DNA of 64,000 nucleotides, taken from Vitrella brassicaformis CCMP3155 (taxonomy: Eukaryota > Protista > Chromerida). Below are positions 57,401 through 64,000 of this stretch, piece after piece; the stretch's first letter is position 1; each line of letters starts with the position of its first letter. The notes under the pieces are model-generated. The model saw nothing but the letters and a program-made list of their open reading frames with translations, was not told where the DNA came from and did not search any database. The position numbers and the translations under genes were made by a program. The stretch spans positions 75,707 through 139,706 of the forward strand of contig CDMY01000277.1 in assembly GCA_001179505.1 (NCBI GenBank). Reading direction: 5' to 3'.

Positions 57401-58363
57401 GCGGTTTGCGAGGGTGAAGTCGTCTGCGATGTCGAAGAGGTACCATGCGGGCGTGGGCATGCCATCGGCTTTCCCCTTCCCGCCCTCTGTCGCCTCAGAC
57501 GAGCTGTCGCTCACGAGCAGCCTCCGCTGGTCCCGCGTCACGGCAATGCCATTCGGTCGCGACAGCGATGCATCCAGCAGCTCCACAGCCGCACCCTCCG
57601 TGTCATGGCCCTCTCCCCTGGCTCTCTCCAGCTCCTCTTTCGACACCCGATAGATGCCGGAGAATCCTAGGGCAGAGGAGTTGGGCATCAGGAGGGTGGT
57701 GTCGTCCACAAGGTGGCCGCGCTGAATGAGGCCGTAGGGGGGATCGGTGAAGTAGAGGTCGCCCCGTTCTGAGAGGGCCAGGTCGTTGGGGCTGTTGAAA
57801 GGCCTCCCGTCGTAGCCGGCGGCCACCACACGCAGGCCCTCCTCTTGCAGGCCGAGAGAGGATATCATGGTGGGATCGATGCGCACCACCTTGCGGCTGC
57901 CGTGCTGGCACACCAACAAGGCGCCACTATCGTCGCTGTCCAGCACAATACCGTTCGGCCCGGCCACGACAGGAGCTTTCTTGTCTTCATCGTCCGCCTG
58001 TCCGTCACCAGTCATCCCGCCACCGTTGAGCAGAAACTTGGTGACGCCTTCATTCGGCGCCCAGCGATAGACTTCGTTGCGCAGCAAATCGGAAAAGAGC
58101 AGGGCCTTCTCCTTGGGCAGCCACAGAGGGCTCTCGGCCAGTCCCAGGCCCGTCGCAATCGGTGCGGGGGTGAGGGAGGGGAAGACGCGAGTGATGTGGT
58201 CCTCGAAGCCAGGAAAGGGCACCACAGCAGCGCCTCGCGCCTGTGCGTCAGGTTGAGAGGGTGGCGCGGCTGCCCGCCTGAGGTGCTGTGCCGAGGCGAC
58301 AGAGGAGAGGAGGAAGAGCAGGAGAGGGGCGAACTGACCAGAAAGGTGTGACGACGCAGCCAT
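54428..58363 (-). CDS. Type I membrane protein: signal peptide, SMP-30/gluconolactonase beta-propeller, SEA-like segment, TM helix, low-complexity tail
   Basis: Propeller motifs LAESPLW, LLFSD, GPNG, FNSPNDL..LYFTDPPYG, RPNGIA and IDGLA. In-frame splices lead to LKQAIGESLGVPANHIKIHHV and the TM helix WMFAVIAVCSCLLLAGCVV. Confidence 0.8.
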
Positions 58364-58594
58364 CGGTCAAGCAGGGAGGCCGCTGTGGCCTCCGTCTCCT
58401 GCGTCTGCTTCTCCTCAGAACGAACCCTCGTCTAACGGCCCGCTCCCACAATTTCGTACTGCACATGTCTGAACCAGCTCTGAAATTGAAATGGTCCAGC
58501 GTGCCGCTGAGTGTGGAGGGGGAAAGACAGATCCTTCCATTCATTCATCCATCCATCCATTCATCGAATCTAACGGACCTGCTCCTGCGGCTGC

Positions 58595-60331
58595 ATGATG
58601 GACGGTCCGTGCCAGATGAAGAGCGATAGCGAAGAGGTAAGAACAGCGCAACACTCAATCCTCTGTGTGTGGCAATGTCTGTGTTCGGCAGGTGGTTCGT
58701 ATTCTCGGCATTTCGCCGCATCTACTCGACTCCAGGTCAGCGAAAGGTGGTAGCGTGATGCTCCTGATGGGTTGGATGTTGCAATTGCAATGCGTGTTTC
58801 CGTCCATCCATCAGCCATGACAAGTGTTTCTGTCCGAAGTGCTACGACCAGCCTGCGAACCAGTCCTACACCAGGTCAACATACAAAGAACAGACTTCCA
58901 AACACCACCTTTGCACCACGCGCTATCTGCCCTTCTTCCCTCTCTGTTTATGCATGGTCAGGGGTGAGCCGCCGGTGCCCTACATGCCCCCTGTCGGCTG
59001 GTATTGGCTGGGCATCAAGCTGACGCCGGAGGAGGCCAGGAGGTTCAACGAGGGGTGGGTGCCAGCCTACCACGGCACCAAGCGCAAGAACGTGGAGCCC
59101 ATCGTCGAGAGCAGAGCTCTGCGCGTGCCCACATCGCTGGCCGAAAAGTCGGGTGCATGGGCCGGGACGGGGAGAGGCATGAGCTGGCGAGACTTCTGCC
59201 GCACATATCCTGGGGAGGTGTACTGTTTCTGCTCGCCGCACACCCACACTGCAGTGGGATACGCCGAGCACTTCTGGGTCAGTGAGTTGACGGACGGGCA
59301 CGGCAACTGCCTGTGGGCGGGTGGATGGGCGTGGCGTGGCTGCGATATGTGTGTTCAGGTTAGCGGGCAAGATTTTTTGGCAGTTTTCCAGCTGTTGGTC
59401 GACCCCGGTGCGTTCGTTGTCAATGACGGCATGGACCAAACCGTCTCTAGCAGAGGTGCGTGCCACGGAGCAAAGTGACAGGCGACAAAACCCATGCGAT
59501 ACATGTATCCTCTTTTCATTCTGCAGCGTCACCTGTAGGCCGCATTTTGCACCACACATACACACTTCACACATGTACGTGTGAGGGCCAATGCTATGTA
59601 TGTGTGTTGCTTGATTGCACAGAGCACGGCACCGATGCATCCGATGTGGACTGAGTGGAAGTCCAACAAGCCTGGCCGCAACCTCGTCTACGGTCTTCTG
59701 GTCTGTCCGTCAACCTCGCCTGCTGCTGCCGGTGTGGGTGCGATGCACTTGGGGGGTATTTTGCCGCCGCTCAAGCAGGGGTAAGACAGACCGCTGAGCT
59801 CATCCGTCCGCCCACCCAGAGCTCATCCGTCCGCCCACCCATTGCTGTTCGTTCCCTCTCTGCAGTGGGGGTCATCGGCTGGGCGGCGAGAGCGCAGCCA
59901 TGCGAGGTGAGCGACCCACCCACCCACCCCATGCCTCTCTCATGCCTCTTGTTGCCTTCTTGGTTGATGTCTCAGGTCTGACGGCGCGTCAAGCGGCTGC
60001 CCGTGCGGCCGAGAAGCGCCTGGCAGACAACCCCCCAAGGGCACTACCACCAGCAGCAGCACGCAAGCGAAACAGACGCGAGGGCGACCAAGCATCGAGT
60101 GCAGCAGCAGCAGCAGCAGCTACTGGTGCTCGTGTGGGCGAGGAGGCAGATGACGAGCTCCTCATCCTCGACGCAGCACCGGCCGGCAAGCGCTTCAAGG
60201 ACAGCGGCGCCGCTGCGGATGGGCGAGGGGGTGGCGGGGAGTGGGTGTGTGGCATGTGCACTCTGGTCAATCCTGGCCGGTTTTTGTGCTGTGACGCATG
60301 TGGCACAGAGAGGGACATGTTTGTAGCTTGA
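58595..60331 (+). CDS. NEURL4-C-terminal-type ADP-ribosyltransferase (PARP-like) domain plus a RanBP2/NZF zinc finger
   Basis: CFCPKC..R|GEPPVPYMPPVGWYWLG..WVPAYHGT..CSP..AVGYA..AVFQLLVDPGAF..TEW..LVYGLL, and the C-terminal WVCGMCTLVNPGRFLCCDACGT. Confidence 0.78.
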
Positions 60332-61698
60332 ATGACTGAGTGAACAGTGCATGAGTGTGCCTGGGTCGTGGACGGGTTGATCGGTTGATCGCTTGGTTGG
60401 TTGGTTGACGTGACTGTCTTTTGGGGCCACTGGCAGCGATGATCGAATTGATTACACACAAGGAAGCACACACACGCAGGAGGCATGCATGCAACAGAAG
60501 CGCATGCCCAAGAGCAGCTAACGAAGGTTTCGTTAGCTCCACAGATGCCGATGCATTTGTCGAAGTCGATGGGTCTGTCGAAGAGAAGAAAACGAGGATT
60601 GGCGAGATTGTGTACCTACGTCTTCAATCCCTCTCCTTAATCACTTGTGTGCAGGGCCTTCTACAGGGACTCCACCAACCCGACTGACGACTCTCGCGAC
60701 TTTGAAGACTATATCACCGTGCCGCGGTCAGCCCGCTGACGTGGTGAGTGCGTGTGCAGCAGTGCGAAAGACACGACAAGCATTACAAAAAACTTTATGA
60801 AACAAACGCCTCCGTGTGGTTGTATTCATATCATGCAGTTCATATCTGTCTTCTCGGACATTGACGAATGCATCCCGGCGCCCTGTAGGATGTGTCTCTC
60901 TGGTGGGGCGGACCGACGGAAGCTGCGCGTCGACCGTCTTTGATAAATCGATCACGTGGGAACCTGGCTGCCTGGCTGCCTGCCTGCCTGGCTGCCTGCC
61001 TGCCTGGCTGCCGTATTCTCACTCATCCCTTATTGCTGCTTACCTACTCATGACGTGCGTGTATGTGTGTGTGTGTGCGTGCGAGTGCCTCTTGATTGAT
61101 GAGTTCATCATCCAGCCGGCAGTTTTTCCGGATGTGTGCCACTTCTCATCGATCGGGAGCGTGGGGAGGGCGAGAAGCCTTGAACTGCACGCCATTGCTG
61201 TCTCTGCGTCCTTTGTTCTCCCCGTATGTTGGTCCGTGTCTTTGCGAGAGGGAGGCGTCCATCTGTGTGGATCTTGCATGCAGATGGAGAGAGGCATACA
61301 TGGCCGGAGCCAGTGTAGATGGGAATTCAGTCTTTGTACCGTGTTTCCTTTCCCGTATGCTATGCGACTGTCAGCAACCAAGTCAGTGTCCTAACTCGAT
61401 TGGAGACAATGGCTGTTGGACACGTCAGTGCACACATGGAGTGTGTGAGAGCATTTCATCGTGCTTCATGCGTAGCATGGGTGAGGAGACCCAAAGGCAT
61501 CATGTGAAGGCATTCATATTATTTGCTGTCTCTTATGTCCCGTGTATCCCCATGGTGTCTCATGCATTGTCCCTTGGTGTCTCAGCCCACCCGACCCGCC
61601 CAATGTGCTCCCATCCATCCGTCGCATGCAGCAATCGACTGATAAGCGAATCGCTGACACAGTGCATGGATTGATCGCCCCTCCCCCCCCCCCCCCCC

Positions 61699-61998
61699 NN
61701 NNNNNNNNNNNNNNNNNNNNNNNNNNNNNNNNNNNNNNNNNNNNNNNNNNNNNNNNNNNNNNNNNNNNNNNNNNNNNNNNNNNNNNNNNNNNNNNNNNNN
61801 NNNNNNNNNNNNNNNNNNNNNNNNNNNNNNNNNNNNNNNNNNNNNNNNNNNNNNNNNNNNNNNNNNNNNNNNNNNNNNNNNNNNNNNNNNNNNNNNNNNN
61901 NNNNNNNNNNNNNNNNNNNNNNNNNNNNNNNNNNNNNNNNNNNNNNNNNNNNNNNNNNNNNNNNNNNNNNNNNNNNNNNNNNNNNNNNNNNNNNNNNN
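61699..61998. other. Assembly gap (300 N) inside a poly-C tract
   Basis: Run of N flanked by C runs on both sides. Confidence 1.
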
Positions 61999-62507
61999 CC
62001 CCCCCTTTCCCATCCCTGGCCAGCCTAGCTGCACGTACGTCGTGAGAGATCGGCTTCGATTGCAGCGCGCCCCTTTTTTCGGCGGCAATGCAAACAGCGA
62101 AACACAACGCAACACGCACACAGCTGCCTGACCGACTTGACAAATTGACCGTAGGTCAGTGCCACAGAACGAAGAGAGAAAATCACATGTGCGCCGTGTG
62201 TGGACTTGGCAGACAGAGACGAATGCACCAGGAGAAAGACAGCGAGACAAATAACTCTGCCAAGTCAGTTCGGCATCATGAAAAAATAACTGATTGGACC
62301 ATGTGTGTCGTGATGTGTGTAAGGCTTGTGTCCTGTGGACACCACAGCTTCTCCCTCCTCGCTCTCTCTCTCTCTCTCTCTCTTGGTGAGAGCAGAGGGC
62401 TCAGTCGCCCCTCCATGTAGGTCAGATGATCACACTGATTGTCAGTAAAGCCACACAACACGACGACATGGCATAGTGAGGAACTCAAGGCAAATGTGTG
62501 AATGCAC

Positions 62508-62684
62508 ACTAACCTACAAATATACGACATACAACTCACACGTACAAACAACGGCACACAACTTGCAGTGTCTGTCTGAATTGGACGCCTAGTTTCACTA
62601 ACCTACAAATAACGACATACAACTCACATGTACAAACAACGGCACACAACTTGCAGTGTCTGTCTGAATTGGACGCCTAGTTTC
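62508..62684. repeat. Tandem duplication of an 89-bp unit at the 3' end of the Cys-rich gene
   Basis: ACTAACCTACAAAT..GGACGCCTAGTTTC occurs at 62508 and at 62597. Confidence 0.9.
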
Positions 62685-63350
62685 GACGAGCGCCTGCACA
62701 CGACACACATCACACAAGGGAGGTAAGGATGATACCTGTGGCGTGGGTGTGCATTTGGGTGCTCACAATAGCCATTTTTGCAGTAATGGGAATGGCAGTC
62801 GTTGTTGTATGCACATCGGTCGCCAATATGCTGCAGATGACCGGGCCTACGGCACTCGCGAAGAACACAGCTGCGCACACACGTACAGGTGTCCACACAC
62901 GCATCACCATGTCTCTTCCCCTTCCCTCCCTCACTTTTTCGAACAGCAGGCTCCATTACTGTCGCATCCATGCCCGCCGGTCCTAATGCAATCACCACCA
63001 CCACCACCTCCTCCATCTCTGCGAGCGCCTGCACACGACACACATCACACAGGAGGGAGGGACGGAGGTATGATGCCCACATTATACCCCGTTCATCGAT
63101 CATCCGTATGTTCTGGGTGTGTGTGTGTCTGTGGTCAGTGCTCACAATAGCCATTTTTGCAGTAATGGGAATGGCAGTCGTTGTGGTATTTACATCGGTC
63201 GCCAACATGCTGCAGATGACCGGGCCTACGGCACTCGCGAAGCACACAGCTGCGCACACACGTACAGGTGTCCACACACGCATCAGCATGTCTCTCCCCC
63301 TTCCCTCCCTCACTTATTCGAACAGCAGGCTCCATTACTGCCGCATCCCC
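62677..63350 (-). pseudogene. Cys-rich modular (knottin-like) gene made of duplicated exon pairs, interrupted by a retroelement
   Basis: Spliced sequence: ..GCGSNGACCSN|NCVLRECRRPGHLQHVGDRCKYHNDCHSHYCKNGY|CARRDG7DCIRTGGHGCDSNGACCSK|NCVLRECRRPGHLQHIGDRCAYNNDCHSHYCKNGY|CARRN*. The 5' part is cut off by the LTR at 63351. Confidence 0.7.
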
Positions 63351-64000
63351 TGTAAGAATAGGTGGGAGAGAGTCGGGGAGAATGGTGAAGAGAGGATCTG
63401 CCGGGCGGTCAGTCCCGGATAAAGGATTAAGTCAATGCAACGTAAGGTCTGTGGATTTTGTGGAGAGTCCACGTAGGACATGTAGTATGCGTCAGTCCAT
63501 TCTGTCTGACGTCCTGTCCGCCATGGCCTGTCTCATGGAACGGACAAAGACTCAACAGCCGTCCTGTCTCACAGATCAGTGGATCGTCGGTCTATGAACC
63601 CTAGACCCTAAACCCTGGACCGACTTGCACTTCTGACACCCCCTCTCAAGTCGGTGCAGAGTTAGGACATGAATCTCCATAAAACTATAACTGAAACTCC
63701 GCGCGTGAGGTCTTCGCCACCTTGAGATCTGCACATAGGAGCCCTTCGCAAGAAGAAAGATCAGAAAGAAACGCGTCCAAGGCCATCAGAGGGGCGCAAG
63801 GACAAGAGAAGCATAGTGAAGCCGCAGATCCAGATAGCGGACATCACCATCGGAGAGAAGCGAAGGAGTGCTCCAGTGCAACCTCAAGCAAGTGGCTAAA
63901 ACCACACAAGCGAGATAAACACTTCATAACAAGTTCTGCCTGCCTGTTATCCTCTGACTCAGGTACTCGTGTGCCTCTCTGCCCAACCCCTTAGTCAGTA
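63351..64000 (-). mobile_element. Ty1/copia LTR retrotransposon, 3' end (RNase H tail, PPT, 3' LTR)
   Basis: The minus-strand ORF end LTKGLGREAHEYL..NLL* (TGA at 63924-63926) is the copia RNase H motif. The PPT TTGAGAGGGGG lies at about 63639-63649. The 288-bp LTR at 63351-63638 is bounded by TGTAAGAA..TTCTGACA, a 7/8 inverted repeat. Confidence 0.88.

Noticed and set aside
60430-60700. Minus-strand Cys-rich frame (DFDKCIGICGANETFVSCSWAC, TIL-like) and a perfect 10-bp hairpin at 60516-60538
   Set aside because: I could not build a start codon or a coherent exon chain, and one short hairpin in 64 kb is not remarkable.
61699-61998. 300-bp gap that might hide sequence
   Set aside because: The paralogous copy near 33740 joins both flanks through a short C-rich tract, so the gap is probably a poly-C artefact.
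62508-63350. Regularly spaced repeats resembling a CRISPR array
   Set aside because: The context is eukaryotic, the units are 89 bp or over 330 bp and contain exons and introns, and there are no unique spacers or cas genes.

Overview
Intron-rich, GC-rich eukaryotic DNA whose introns are packed with (CA/TG)n, (GTCT)n and (GGAT)n. The gene content (alveolate MAPK2, plastid-leader ArgJ, CRMP-like receptor, BTB-TLDc) points to a chromerid alveolate such as Vitrella; this is an inference. I reconstructed about 18 spliced genes by eye from GT-AG boundaries and reading-frame continuity. Most sit in eight tight head-to-head pairs: MAPK2/BK channel, ArgJ/BTB-TLDc, LRRC72/multi-TM, aspartic protease/4-TM, double-CHHC (GTSF1-like)/PUB-UBX, an inverted pair of secreted S74(ICA)-like genes, LRR-CRMP-like receptor/Deltex E3, and SMP-30 membrane fusion/NEURL4-type ADP-ribosyltransferase. 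A motif YTGCGAGCT recurs in five of the eight shared promoters. Two repeat-rich islands (29.7-39.7 kb and 61.6-64 kb) hold small secreted Cys-rich or knottin-like genes, and one of these is interrupted by a Ty1/copia 3' LTR. Two 300-N gaps are present. All domain calls come from motif recognition, not database searches, and the exon models need RNA-seq.
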